Part shown: positions 9,098-18,124 of the stretch, piece by piece
Layout of the letters: each line of letters begins with the position of its first letter
How positions within the stretch are numbered: the first letter of the stretch is position 1
NCBI GenBank assembly: GCA_964497715.1
Contig: CAZCDH010000001.1
Location: forward strand, 25,343 to 89,342
Direction: 5' to 3'
Length of the DNA: 64,000 bases
DNA from: Candidatus Woesearchaeota archaeon
GTDB taxonomy: Archaea > Nanobdellota > Nanobdellia > SCGC-AAA011-G17 > PNOQ01
Translations under genes and position numbers: made by a program
Notes under the pieces: generated by a model
Databases searched by the model: none
What the model was told of the DNA's origin: nothing
What the model saw: only the letters and a program-made list of their open reading frames with translations

Positions 9098-9292
9098 ATG
9101 AAATCATTAGAAGAAATAGAGATTATGATTGAAGAAGTCAAGGAAAGAGAAATAGCTCGTGAATCATTTGAATATATGTTTCAAATTGCAGCTATGGAAG
9201 ACCTGAGGAAATCATATACTACTGAAGCTCCAGAAGGGTGCGAAAGTATCTATACTAAAAGGATAGAAGACTTTAGAAAAGTGTATGATTAA
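9098..9292 (+). CDS. Hypothetical small acidic protein (64 aa).
   Basis: An ORF with an AGGAGG-like RBS (aaaaatggaggaaaaataaaATG). No recognisable domain. Confidence 0.35.
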   Translation: MKSLEEIEIMIEEVKEREIARESFEYMFQIAAMEDLRKSYTTEAPEGCESIYTKRIEDFRKVYD

Positions 9293-9348
9293 TACACATA
9301 ATAGATAGAATAAAGAATATCCTAGAGATATATCGGGAGAGGATCTAA

Positions 9349-9531
9349 TTGAATTTGAAAAAAAATTCCGGAGATCCTAAGATTGATTTAACCTTTAAAG
9401 GTATGAAATTTTATCAAGAAATGTATCTTGGAAATACTTTGGAGACCTATGTAGACTATACTAATCAATTAAGGATAGTTCCTATAAGTTTTAGATTAAT
9501 CTTTTCTTTGTGTGGACGTTGCAATGTATAA
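9349..9531 (+). CDS. Hypothetical small protein (60 aa).
   Basis: ORF only. Weak. Confidence 0.2.
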   Translation: MNLKKNSGDPKIDLTFKGMKFYQEMYLGNTLETYVDYTNQLRIVPISFRLIFSLCGRCNV

Positions 9532-9635
9532 GTGATTTGAGGATACTTGCACAACTATCTTCTGAATCTGTATATCTTCTATATAATGCGATATTTCTCT
9601 TAAACAGATAACTTTTTATAGGTTTTATCATAAAA

Positions 9636-10985
9636 TTGAGTATGATAACTTTAACTAAAGATGAGATTTTGAAAAAAATAAATGAAGATAAAGTTAAATT
9701 CATAGAATTACAGTTCTCAGATATATTTGGTGCAATGAAAGCAGTAACTATTACTGTTGATGAATTAGATTCTGCAATAGTTAAAGGTAAATGGTTTGAT
9801 GGGTCTAGCATAAGAGGATTTGCAAGACTTGCAGAAAGCGATATGTATCTAAAACCTGATTTAAACACTTACTCACTAATCTATCCAGTAAATGAAGAAT
9901 TAAAAACTGCTAGATTTATTTGCGATATTTATACACCTGATGGAAAACCATATGAAGGAGATCCAAGACAAATTCTTAAAAGAGAGATTGAAAATGCTGA
10001 GAAATTAGGATTTGAATGTATGTTTGGTCCAGAGATAGAGTTCTTTCTTCTAAAATCTGACGATAATGGAGAGATGATCCCTGTTCCAAATGATATAGGA
10101 GGATATTTTGATAGCTCAACTTATGATAAAGCAAGCGAAGTTCGTAAAAAAATAATGTTGATAATGGAAGAAATGGGATGGAAAGCAGAAGTTGCACACC
10201 ATGAAGTCGCTATAGGTCAACATGAAATAGGGTTCAAATATGGTGGCGCTCTGGATATTGCGGATAAAATCATTACTTTGAAACAAGTGATAAGATCTAC
10301 TGCACAAAAAGATGGACTACACGCTACTTTTATGCCGAAACCTTTCTTTGGAGTTAATGGTAGTGGAATGCATATGCACTTTAGTGTTATGGACAAGTCA
10401 GGAAATCCATTGTTTTATGATGAAACTGATAAATATAAATTATCTACATTTGGTAAAAACTTCATGGCAGGAATAATGAAACATATCAAAGAGAGTTGTA
10501 TTTTATTTGCACCAACTACAAATTCTTATAAGAGACTTGTTCCAGGTTACGAGGCACCTGTATATATCTGTTGGGGTAGCACAAATAGGAGTTCTTTGGT
10601 CAGAGTTCCAAAACCTTTCGAAGGTGTTCCAAAATCTGTAAGGGCAGAACTTAGATGCCCAGATCCTAGTTGTAATGCATATCTTGCATTTGCCACAATG
10701 ATAAAAACGGGATTAGATGGAGTAGCAAACGAAGAGAGAATTGCAGATGCTGTTGAAGAAAGTGTATTTGAATATAATGATGAGAAATTAAATGACCTTA
10801 AGATAGATACTTTGCCAGAAACACTTGGCGAAGCACTAGAAAATTTTAAAAATAGCAGATTTATGCTTGAGTTTTTAGGTGAAGGGTTCTTTAAGAAGTA
10901 CTATGAGGCAAAAAAAATAGAGTGGGACGAATCTAAAATTCAAGTAACTGAGTGGGAACTAGATAAATATCTAGATTCTGCTTAA
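9636..10985 (+). CDS. glnA: Glutamine synthetase.
   Basis: 449 aa. It has the GS beta-grasp N-terminal domain and catalytic motifs such as GSGMHMHFS and NAYLAF. Confidence 0.85.
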   Translation: MSMITLTKDEILKKINEDKVKFIELQFSDIFGAMKAVTITVDELDSAIVKGKWFDGSSIRGFARLAESDMYLKPDLNTYSLIYPVNEELKTARFICDIYTPDGKPYEGDPRQILKREIENAEKLGFECMFGPEIEFFLLKSDDNGEMIPVPNDIGGYFDSSTYDKASEVRKKIMLIMEEMGWKAEVAHHEVAIGQHEIGFKYGGALDIADKIITLKQVIRSTAQKDGLHATFMPKPFFGVNGSGMHMHFSVMDKSGNPLFYDETDKYKLSTFGKNFMAGIMKHIKESCILFAPTTNSYKRLVPGYEAPVYICWGSTNRSSLVRVPKPFEGVPKSVRAELRCPDPSCNAYLAFATMIKTGLDGVANEERIADAVEESVFEYNDEKLNDLKIDTLPETLGEALENFKNSRFMLEFLGEGFFKKYYEAKKIEWDESKIQVTEWELDKYLDSA

Positions 10986-11004
10986 ATCAAAAAGAGGTGA
11001 AAAT

Positions 11005-11748
11005 ATTAACATAATAAAATTTGGAGGATCTATTGTCAATCCTGATGGAAAATATGATGACAAAGTTATTGAAGAGTTTGCAGACTTAGTTAAAAAATCT
11101 AATGAAAAATTTATATTTATTGTTGGTGGTGGAAAAATATGCAGATTTATGCAAGACAGTTCTCAAAAATTTTTAGATGATGCATTAGGCACAGATTCTG
11201 AACAAAAAAGTTTTGCTAGAGATGAGATAGGCATTGCAACTACTAAGATTAATGCACGATATGTATTAAATTATTTTAAGAAATATCTTGGAGGAAAAAT
11301 CAAAATATTCCCAGAAATCTTAATAGATCCTACTGAAAAAGTAGATAAATCTTATGATGCATATTTAGTTGGAGGTTGGAAACCAGGACATAGTACTGAC
11401 ACTGATATGATGCTCTTGGCGAAAACATTCAAAGCTAGTAGAGTTATTAAAATCAGCGATTTTGAAATAGTAAAGAATGTTAAACCTACAGACCTTCTTG
11501 GAAAATCAAAGAAAGAGATGAAAAATATACTAGATAATGCAAAGGACTTAGATAGTATGACTTGGAAAGAGTTGACTAAATTAGTTGGAAGTGAGTGGGC
11601 TCCAGGACTTAATACTCCTTTTGATCCAAAAGCTGCAAAAATTGGTTATGATCTGAAGAATAGATTAACTCTCTGTATAGGTAGAAAAGAGGAAGTCGGT
11701 AAGATGTTGGGTGGAGAAGACTTTAGAGGGACAGTTGTTAAAAAATGA
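11005..11748 (+). CDS. pyrH: Uridylate (UMP) kinase, archaeal type. It probably initiates at a non-canonical ATT or ATA.
   Basis: The conserved N-terminal motif (N)IIKFGGSIV is encoded in frame at 11002-11034, upstream of the tracked ATG at 11149. The tracked region contains IVGGGKICRF, GGWKPGHSTDTD and the C-terminal CIGRKEE...GT of archaeal UMPK. There is no ATG, GTG or TTG in frame between the preceding in-frame stop (10972-10974) and 11149. A strong SD, AGAGGTGA, lies at 10993-11000. Confidence 0.7.
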   Translation: MNIIKFGGSIVNPDGKYDDKVIEEFADLVKKSNEKFIFIVGGGKICRFMQDSSQKFLDDALGTDSEQKSFARDEIGIATTKINARYVLNYFKKYLGGKIKIFPEILIDPTEKVDKSYDAYLVGGWKPGHSTDTDMMLLAKTFKASRVIKISDFEIVKNVKPTDLLGKSKKEMKNILDNAKDLDSMTWKELTKLVGSEWAPGLNTPFDPKAAKIGYDLKNRLTLCIGRKEEVGKMLGGEDFRGTVVKK

Positions 11749-13028
11749 ATCCCTTAGCTGAGAAACTTAATAGAGATATAAAAGATATTAATCCAGTTGT
11801 TTATGATGTCCTAAGTAAAAAAGGTAAGGAGATGTTTTATCCTAACCATGGAATCCTTGCACAGGCAGCAGAAGCAAAAGGAAAAAAGATTGATGCGACT
11901 ATAGGCATAGCATTAGAAGAAGATGGAGAAATATTATGTTTGGAAAGTATATCCTCAAATGTTAATCTTCCAAAAAATGATGTATTTAATTATGTTCCTA
12001 GCTATGGTAGGCCCGAGTTAAGAAAAAAATGGCAGGAACTGATATTCAAGAAAAATCCCTCCTTGAAAGGTAAAAAAATTAGTTTGCCAGTGGTTACTAA
12101 TGCAATTACTCATGGACTATCAATGTGCGGATATTTATTTTTGAATAGGGGTGATGAAATAATCATTCCTTCGCCTTTCTGGGGAAATTATAGATTTGTT
12201 TTTGATAATGCTTATGGTGCAAAGATCGTTAATTTCCCAATCTTTGATAAAGAAAGATTTAATGTTGATGGTTTGAAAAAAATTCTTAATAAAGGGGGAA
12301 GAAAAAAAGTTTTATTATTAAATTTCCCTAATAATCCTACAGGTTACACACCTTTAGAAAAAGACATACCAAAAATTGTAAATGTTATCAAAAATGCTGC
12401 AGAAAAAGGTAAAAAGATAGTGATCCTTATGGATGATGCTTATTTTGGTTTAATCTATGAAAATGGAGTATATAAAGAATCAATATTCTCAAAACTTTGT
12501 AATATTCATAAAAATGTTTTAGCTGTTAAGATTGATGGAGCGACAAAAGAAGATTATGCTTGGGGACTGAGAGTAGGATTTGTTAGTTATGGCATAAAAG
12601 GTGGAAATGATAAACTTTATTCTGCCCTTGTTGATAAAACTGGTGGAGCAGTTAGAGGGAATATATCTAATGCTCCAAATATATCTCAATCATTAGTAGT
12701 AAATTCATTTAAAGATCCTAAATACAACTCTCAAAAAGCCAAAAAATATGAAATTCTTAAGAGAAGAGCTAATAAGGTTAAAAAAATACTTGAAGAACAT
12801 CCAGAATATAAAGAGGAATTTGAAACATTGCCTTTTAATTCAGGATATTTTATGTGTGTTGTGTTAAACAATCATAATCCTGAAAAAATTAGAAATATTT
12901 TACTTGACAAGTACGATACAGGTACAATAGCATTCCCAGGTTTGCTTAGAGTTGCATTTTCTGCCACACCATACGACTTACTTGAAGAGTTATTTGAGAA
13001 TATTTATCGTGCTTGTAAGGAAAATTAG
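11745..13028 (+). CDS. PLP-dependent class I/II aminotransferase.
   Basis: It has the NNPTG motif, the PLP-lysine region (KEDYAWGLRVGF) and fold-type I aminotransferase architecture. It overlaps pyrH through an ATGA junction. Confidence 0.65.
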   Translation: MNPLAEKLNRDIKDINPVVYDVLSKKGKEMFYPNHGILAQAAEAKGKKIDATIGIALEEDGEILCLESISSNVNLPKNDVFNYVPSYGRPELRKKWQELIFKKNPSLKGKKISLPVVTNAITHGLSMCGYLFLNRGDEIIIPSPFWGNYRFVFDNAYGAKIVNFPIFDKERFNVDGLKKILNKGGRKKVLLLNFPNNPTGYTPLEKDIPKIVNVIKNAAEKGKKIVILMDDAYFGLIYENGVYKESIFSKLCNIHKNVLAVKIDGATKEDYAWGLRVGFVSYGIKGGNDKLYSALVDKTGGAVRGNISNAPNISQSLVVNSFKDPKYNSQKAKKYEILKRRANKVKKILEEHPEYKEEFETLPFNSGYFMCVVLNNHNPEKIRNILLDKYDTGTIAFPGLLRVAFSATPYDLLEELFENIYRACKEN

Positions 13029-13031
13029 TTG

Positions 13032-13070
13032 TAACTATTATCAGAATGTAATAGTTAGTTTCTTTATTTC
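13032..13070 (+). terminator. Hairpin plus T-rich tract after the aminotransferase gene.
   Basis: A 9-bp inverted repeat taactatta/taatagtta with an 8-nt loop is followed by gtttctttatttct. Confidence 0.4.
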
Positions 13071-13168
13071 TGAGCACCAAAACCTTTAAATATTGAATTA
13101 TTTGCTAAAAGTTGAGTAAAAATAGTGCAAATAATTAGTATTTTGTATTATTTGTTAGGAGGAACATA

Positions 13169-13498
13169 ATGGAAGGAACAGTAAAATGGTTTAATGTACG
13201 AAAAGGTTTCGGGTTCATTAACGGTGAAGATGGAGAAGATTACTTTGTGCATCATTCCGCTTTAGAACAAGGAACTTTTTTACGTGAAGATGATCGTGTA
13301 TCTTTTGAGGCTGCTGACACAGATAAAGGTAAGCAAGCTCAAAACGTTGCTTTGCTTCAAAAAGGTAGTGAAATTAGAGCTCAATCTGATGAATCTAGCG
13401 AAGAAGTAGCAGAAGAAACTAGTGAAGAGCCTGCTGAAGAAGTAGCAGAAGAAACTAGTGAAGAAGCAGCATCTGAAGAAGAACCAAAAGAAGAATAA
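13169..13498 (+). CDS. Cold-shock domain protein (CspA-like) with an acidic Glu-rich C-terminal tail.
   Basis: The cold-shock-domain core is MEGTVKWFNVRKGFGFINGEDGEDYFVHHSAL. The tail SEEVAEETSEEPAEEVAEETSEEAASEEEPKEE is encoded by a tandem 33-nt DNA repeat (gaagaagtagcagaagaaactagtgaagagcct / gaagaagtagcagaagaaactagtgaagaagca). A good AGGAGG RBS precedes the gene. Confidence 0.75.
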   Translation: MEGTVKWFNVRKGFGFINGEDGEDYFVHHSALEQGTFLREDDRVSFEAADTDKGKQAQNVALLQKGSEIRAQSDESSEEVAEETSEEPAEEVAEETSEEAASEEEPKEE

Positions 13499-13626
13499 AT
13501 CAGACCAATAATCTGAATTCAGAAATTTTTTTTAATTATTGGTTGGTGTTCGCACCGACCGTTCAAATTCTATTTTTATAAATCTTTATAAACTAAACAA
13601 CTTGCAATTAATCTAGTGATTATACT

Positions 13627-14169
13627 ATGGAACTCGATAAATGTATAAAAGAAAGACGTTCAATTAGAAAATATAAAGATAAATCTGTTAGCAAAGAAGA
13701 TATTATGAATATATTGGATGCAGGTACAGCTGCCCCAAATGCTGGAAATCTTCAGAATTGGAGATTCGTTGTTGTTAATGAGGAAACCAAAAGAGTAGAT
13801 ATCTCTAAAGCGTGTTCTAATCAAACTTGGATTTCAACAGCTCCGACAATAATCGTTGTTTGTAGCGACATCAGTGATCTAAAACGGCATTTTGGAAAAG
13901 ATTGTGAAGAGTATTCTAGCCAGAATTGTTCAGCTGCTGTTCAAAATATGTTATTAAAATCTCACGAATTAGGTCTCGGATCTTGTTGGATCGGAGGATT
14001 TGATAGAGAAAAAATAACTGGAATTCTTAAAATACCCCATAATGACCATTTAAAGATTGAAGCAATAATTAGCTTAGGTTATTCGGATGAAGATGGCGAA
14101 GTGTCAGAGAAATATGAAATGAAAAGGATTGTTTATTTCGATGAGTGGAACACTCTTAGAAAGGTTTGA
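13627..14169 (+). CDS. Nitroreductase-family (FMN-dependent) oxidoreductase.
   Basis: It has the nitroreductase motifs RRSIRKY, PNAGNLQNWRFVVV and GLGSCWIGG. Confidence 0.7.
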   Translation: MELDKCIKERRSIRKYKDKSVSKEDIMNILDAGTAAPNAGNLQNWRFVVVNEETKRVDISKACSNQTWISTAPTIIVVCSDISDLKRHFGKDCEEYSSQNCSAAVQNMLLKSHELGLGSCWIGGFDREKITGILKIPHNDHLKIEAIISLGYSDEDGEVSEKYEMKRIVYFDEWNTLRKV

Positions 14170-14170
14170 A

Positions 14171-14218
14171 AATAAAAATAAAAATAAAAGGGGGAAAATA
14201 ACATCACCTCTTTTCCCC
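14171..14218. terminator. Convergent-gene terminator hairpin between the nitroreductase (+) and ftsZ (-) genes.
   Basis: A perfect 8-bp inverted repeat ggggaaaa/ttttcccc with a 12-nt loop. It is flanked by an A-rich run on the plus strand, which is T-rich as read by the minus-strand ftsZ transcript. Confidence 0.4.
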
Positions 14219-14290
14219 AAAATTAATTCTCCTATTGAACAATGGGTTAACCTATATGTTAGGGGGTTAAAAATGTTCAAATTAACCCAT

Positions 14291-15367
14291 TTAGTGGAGT
14301 ATGCTATCAATCCCTAGTTCATTATTCATTTCTTTTACTTCAGCTTTTTGAGCATTAGGATCTTTTTTCCCAAGTATGTATGGTGAGGTCACTCCTGTAA
14401 TAATAGTCATGATCCTTAGTTTCTTTTCCATACCTTTCTCTATTCTTGCACCCCAGATAACATTCGCATCTTGATCCAATGAGGAAGTTATCATGTCACC
14501 AATTTTACTCACATCTTCCAATTTGAAATCTTCTCCACCAGTTATGTGGATTAGTGCTCCTGTTGCTCCAGAATAAGACACTTCTAGTAAAGGATTTGAT
14601 AGTGCACGGTTTACTGCCTCTTCAACCCTATTCTCTGTACTAGACTCTCCGATACCTATTGCTGAAACCCCGCCATTAGTCATGATAGTTTTTACATCAG
14701 CATAATCAAGATTTACTAAACTTGGAACTGCGATTATCTCTACGATTCCTTTTATCATTGTTGAAACTAATTCGTTTGCAACAGCAAATGCTTGTTTAAT
14801 AGGTAACTCTCCAGCAATTTTTACTAATCTATTATTATCTATTACTATCACAGTGTCTGAAACTTCTCTTAATTGTTGTAGTCCAAATTCTGCTTTATCA
14901 ATTCTTGCCCTTTCTATATCGAAAGGCATTGTAACAGTCCCAATAACTATAGAACCTGATTCTTTTGCAAGTTGTGCTACTACTGGAGCTGCACCTGTAC
15001 CTGTGCCTCCTCCCATTCCAGCACAAATAAATGTCATATCTGCACCCTTAACTATATCACGTAGTTGATTAAGGTCTTCTCTTGCAGCATCTCTTCCCTT
15101 TTCAATATATCCACCACATCCAAGTCCTCTAGTTAGATCTTTTCCAATTAAGTACTTTGTATCTGATGACGAGATGTCAAGGTGTTGTTTATCAGTATTT
15201 AATGCAGCTATTTCTGCACCATTAATTCCTTTCTTGTAAAGCCAGGAAACCATATTATTACCTGCTCCACCTACACCTATAACTTGTATATTCGCCTTTC
15301 CAACTTCTACGTCTGTAATCTCATTTTGTTCTGCATTTTTTAATGCATCTTGTATAATAAATTCCAT
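14291..15367 (-). CDS. ftsZ: Cell division GTPase FtsZ.
   Basis: It has the tubulin signature GGGTGTGAAPVVAQ, NTDKQ and the FtsZ C-terminal domain. Confidence 0.9.
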   Translation of the reverse strand: MEFIIQDALKNAEQNEITDVEVGKANIQVIGVGGAGNNMVSWLYKKGINGAEIAALNTDKQHLDISSSDTKYLIGKDLTRGLGCGGYIEKGRDAAREDLNQLRDIVKGADMTFICAGMGGGTGTGAAPVVAQLAKESGSIVIGTVTMPFDIERARIDKAEFGLQQLREVSDTVIVIDNNRLVKIAGELPIKQAFAVANELVSTMIKGIVEIIAVPSLVNLDYADVKTIMTNGGVSAIGIGESSTENRVEEAVNRALSNPLLEVSYSGATGALIHITGGEDFKLEDVSKIGDMITSSLDQDANVIWGARIEKGMEKKLRIMTIITGVTSPYILGKKDPNAQKAEVKEMNNELGIDSILH

Positions 15368-15694
15368 CTTTTTTTAGCCCCCTTTTATATTCTCCAGCAT
15401 AGTAATTTTTATAAATGCTGGAATTAATTTCCATTCTAGAAAAAGTTGTTTGATCTGCCCGATTGAATATTTTGGATAAAACCGTCTAAGTAATGCCCGA
15501 AAAACTTAGATACTTTGTATGATTAAATTCATATTGTTTGCCCAAACAAGTTGAATATTTTAATCTATTTCTATTTATTAGGAATTTTATATATAAATGT
15601 TATTAGTGTAGGAAATATAGTTTAGACAATATAAATAGAATTTTGTTGATTTTTTTAGGGTAAGGTTTTTATAGGAGTTTGTTTGGTTATAGAT

Positions 15695-16975
15695 ATGACA
15701 AAAGCTAAAGTTGGAGACAGTGTTGAAATAAAAACTGACTCAAAAGATTTTAAAGGAATCTTAATGCCGGATTCTCCGAATAATACTCTTGTGATTAAAT
15801 TAGAGAATGGTTATAATGTTGGAATCGATAAGAAAAGAGTTGAAAAGATTAAACTGATAAAAAAAGGTTTATTTGAAACTAAAAAATTAAAAAAGATTGG
15901 TGAAAAAAAGGATCTTCAGACAATTTCTATCCTCCATACTGGCGGAACAATAGCATCAAAAGTAGATTATGCTACTGGAGGTGTAATCTCAAGATTTAGT
16001 CCAGAAGAATTGATAGATATGTTCCCTGAGCTAAAAGATTTAGCAAACATAGAGAGCAGATTAGTAGGAAATATGTTTTCAGAAGATATTAGGTTCGCAC
16101 ATTACAATGTTTTAGCAAAAGCTATTGAGGCAGAAGTTCGGAATGGTGTTGATGGCATAATCATTACCCACGGTACAGATACGATGCATTATAGTTCTGC
16201 TGCATTAAGTTTTGCTCTTGGAAACTTAGGAGTTCCAGTGATTCTTGTTGGTGCCCAGAGAAGTTCAGATAGAGGAAGTAGTGATGCTCGATTAAATTTA
16301 GTTTGTGCTACTCAGTTCATCATAAATAGTAATTTTGCAGGAGTCGGAATATGTATGCATGAAAGTAGTGATGATAATAAATGTGTTATACTTCCTGGAT
16401 TGAAAACTAAAAAAATGCATAGTTCTAGGAGAGATGCATTCAAATCCATTAATGTTAGTCCTTGGGCAAGTGTTGATGAAAATGGTAAGATAGAAATCTT
16501 TGATAACTCTTTTTCTAAAAGAGATGCAGGAAAATTAGATTTGAAGTTATTTAAAGAAAATCTTAAGATAGGTATCTTAAAAACACATCCAAATATGATT
16601 CCAGAAGAAATTGCTAATTACATAAATTTTGATGGATTAGTTATTGAAGGAACAGGACTAGGCCATGTTCCAGTTAACGATATTGATAGTTTTACTAGCA
16701 AACATAAAAGGATATTTAATGAAATTAAAAGATTGAGTAAGCGGACTCCTATAGTTATGTGCAGTCAGACTGGTTTTGGAAGAGTTAATATGAATGTTTA
16801 TTCTACTGGTAGAAAAATTAAAGAATTTGTTATTTCTGGTGAAGATATGACCTCTGAAACTGCATTTATTAAATTGGCATGGTTATTGAGTCAAAATGAA
16901 AAATATATTGCTGAAAGAATGGTTGAAAACCTAAGAGGAGAGATTAGTATTAGAAGTCCTGAGGAATTTATTTGA
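15695..16975 (+). CDS. gatD: Glu-tRNA(Gln) amidotransferase subunit D (asparaginase-like).
   Basis: The GatD-specific N-terminal extension (VGDSVEIK...GILMP...LVIKLENGYNVGI) is followed by asparaginase motifs ILHTGGTIAS and HGTDTMHYSSAAL. The track starts at TTG 15683. The ATG at 15695 (MTKAK) is the likelier start. Confidence 0.8.
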   Translation: MTKAKVGDSVEIKTDSKDFKGILMPDSPNNTLVIKLENGYNVGIDKKRVEKIKLIKKGLFETKKLKKIGEKKDLQTISILHTGGTIASKVDYATGGVISRFSPEELIDMFPELKDLANIESRLVGNMFSEDIRFAHYNVLAKAIEAEVRNGVDGIIITHGTDTMHYSSAALSFALGNLGVPVILVGAQRSSDRGSSDARLNLVCATQFIINSNFAGVGICMHESSDDNKCVILPGLKTKKMHSSRRDAFKSINVSPWASVDENGKIEIFDNSFSKRDAGKLDLKLFKENLKIGILKTHPNMIPEEIANYINFDGLVIEGTGLGHVPVNDIDSFTSKHKRIFNEIKRLSKRTPIVMCSQTGFGRVNMNVYSTGRKIKEFVISGEDMTSETAFIKLAWLLSQNEKYIAERMVENLRGEISIRSPEEFI

Positions 16976-17762
16976 ATTTTAAAGCTATTGATTGATAAAT
17001 TAACTTTGCTGTTGTAAACGGAGAGACTATATCACTTTCATTAGGGCAGAGCTCAACAAAATCCATACCAACAACTTCTTTTTCTTTGAAAACTTCTTTT
17101 AATAATTCTATAACTTGAGAGTATTTTAATCCGTCAGGTTCAGGAGTTCCAACTGAAGGAATAACGGAAGGATCGAAACCATCCAGATCTATTGTTATGT
17201 AAACTTTATCTTTTAGTGTTGGAACTACTTTAGAGATCCAATCTCCTTTTAGATCTTTCATAAAAAAAGTATTAATCTTATGTTCTTTGATAAATTCTGA
17301 TTCTTCCTTATCTAAACTTCTTATCCCTACCTGGGTGATATTCTGATTTATCTCATAAACTCTTCTCATTGCACATGCATGACTATCTTTTCTCCCATCA
17401 AATTCATCTTTAAAATCTGCATGAGCATCTATCTGAAGTATTGAGAGATTATTTTGATCCAATTGTTTTACTAAAATTGGAGTTATTGAGTGTTCTCCTC
17501 CAATTGCAATTCTAAATTTCTCAGATTTTGTTATATTTTCTGGAGTTTTCTCTTCTTTTGTATTAATTCCAACTTCGTAGGGTTCCGAATCAGTCTCTAT
17601 ATCATAAAATTCTAGTTCATTTGATGCAGTAATTATTGCATCTGGAGCAGTTTTAGTTCCTTTTTTGTAAGAAGTAGTTTCTTCATGAGGTACTAGCAAT
17701 ATTTCTACCTTGGAAGAGTCAATATTTGATATTTGATCCGGCAAATTCATGAAATTTTTCAT
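16968..17762 (-). CDS. Ureohydrolase (agmatinase/arginase family), most likely an agmatinase.
   Basis: It has the Mn-binding motifs GGEHSIT, DAHADF and DLDGFDPSVIPSVGTPEPDGL. Confidence 0.7.
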   Translation of the reverse strand: MKNFMNLPDQISNIDSSKVEILLVPHEETTSYKKGTKTAPDAIITASNELEFYDIETDSEPYEVGINTKEEKTPENITKSEKFRIAIGGEHSITPILVKQLDQNNLSILQIDAHADFKDEFDGRKDSHACAMRRVYEINQNITQVGIRSLDKEESEFIKEHKINTFFMKDLKGDWISKVVPTLKDKVYITIDLDGFDPSVIPSVGTPEPDGLKYSQVIELLKEVFKEKEVVGMDFVELCPNESDIVSPFTTAKLIYQSIALKFK

Positions 17763-17812
17763 ACAAAATCCGAGATAGTAAGCCTTAAATAACTTTTTAT
17801 CGCTAAAATTTT

Positions 17813-18124
17813 ATGAAATCTAAGCTAAATAAGGAATATTTTGAAGAACTAGTGAATGACCATTTTAGAAATGTGCGTAGTACAATTTTTGGTTTTACTA
17901 TTGGAGTATTCGAAGAATCTGTGTCTGGACCAGATGGAGGATTAGAAAATGTTGTTGAAGGTTTTGCATATACCACAGGATATTTTACTGTAGAAAAACT
18001 ATCTCACAAATTATTAAGAGGATATAATATGAAAGACGATGTATCCGGACCTTATTTTTTTGGAGGATTCTTAGCAGGACAGACTATCACAAATTATCTT
18101 AAGAAAAAAATAATAAATAGTTAA
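17813..18124 (+). CDS. Hypothetical protein (103 aa).
   Basis: ORF only. Confidence 0.3.
   Translation: MKSKLNKEYFEELVNDHFRNVRSTIFGFTIGVFEESVSGPDGGLENVVEGFAYTTGYFTVEKLSHKLLRGYNMKDDVSGPYFFGGFLAGQTITNYLKKKIINS

Noticed and set aside
9491-9868. 125-aa minus-strand ORF overlapping the glnA start.
   Set aside because: It overlaps the well-supported glnA N-terminus in antisense, has low-complexity composition and no RBS.
14171-14190. (AAAAT)n-like simple repeat aaaataaaaataaaaataaaa as a microsatellite.
   Set aside because: It is only about 4 imperfect units and forms the A/T-rich flank of the convergent terminator hairpin. It is better explained as terminator context.
15370-15694. Long (about 320 nt) AT-rich intergenic region between ftsZ and gatD, considered as a possible ncRNA.
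   Set aside because: No conserved secondary structure is evident by eye, only divergent promoter-like TATA elements (for example ttttatatataaatg near 15583). It is more likely a shared divergent promoter region.
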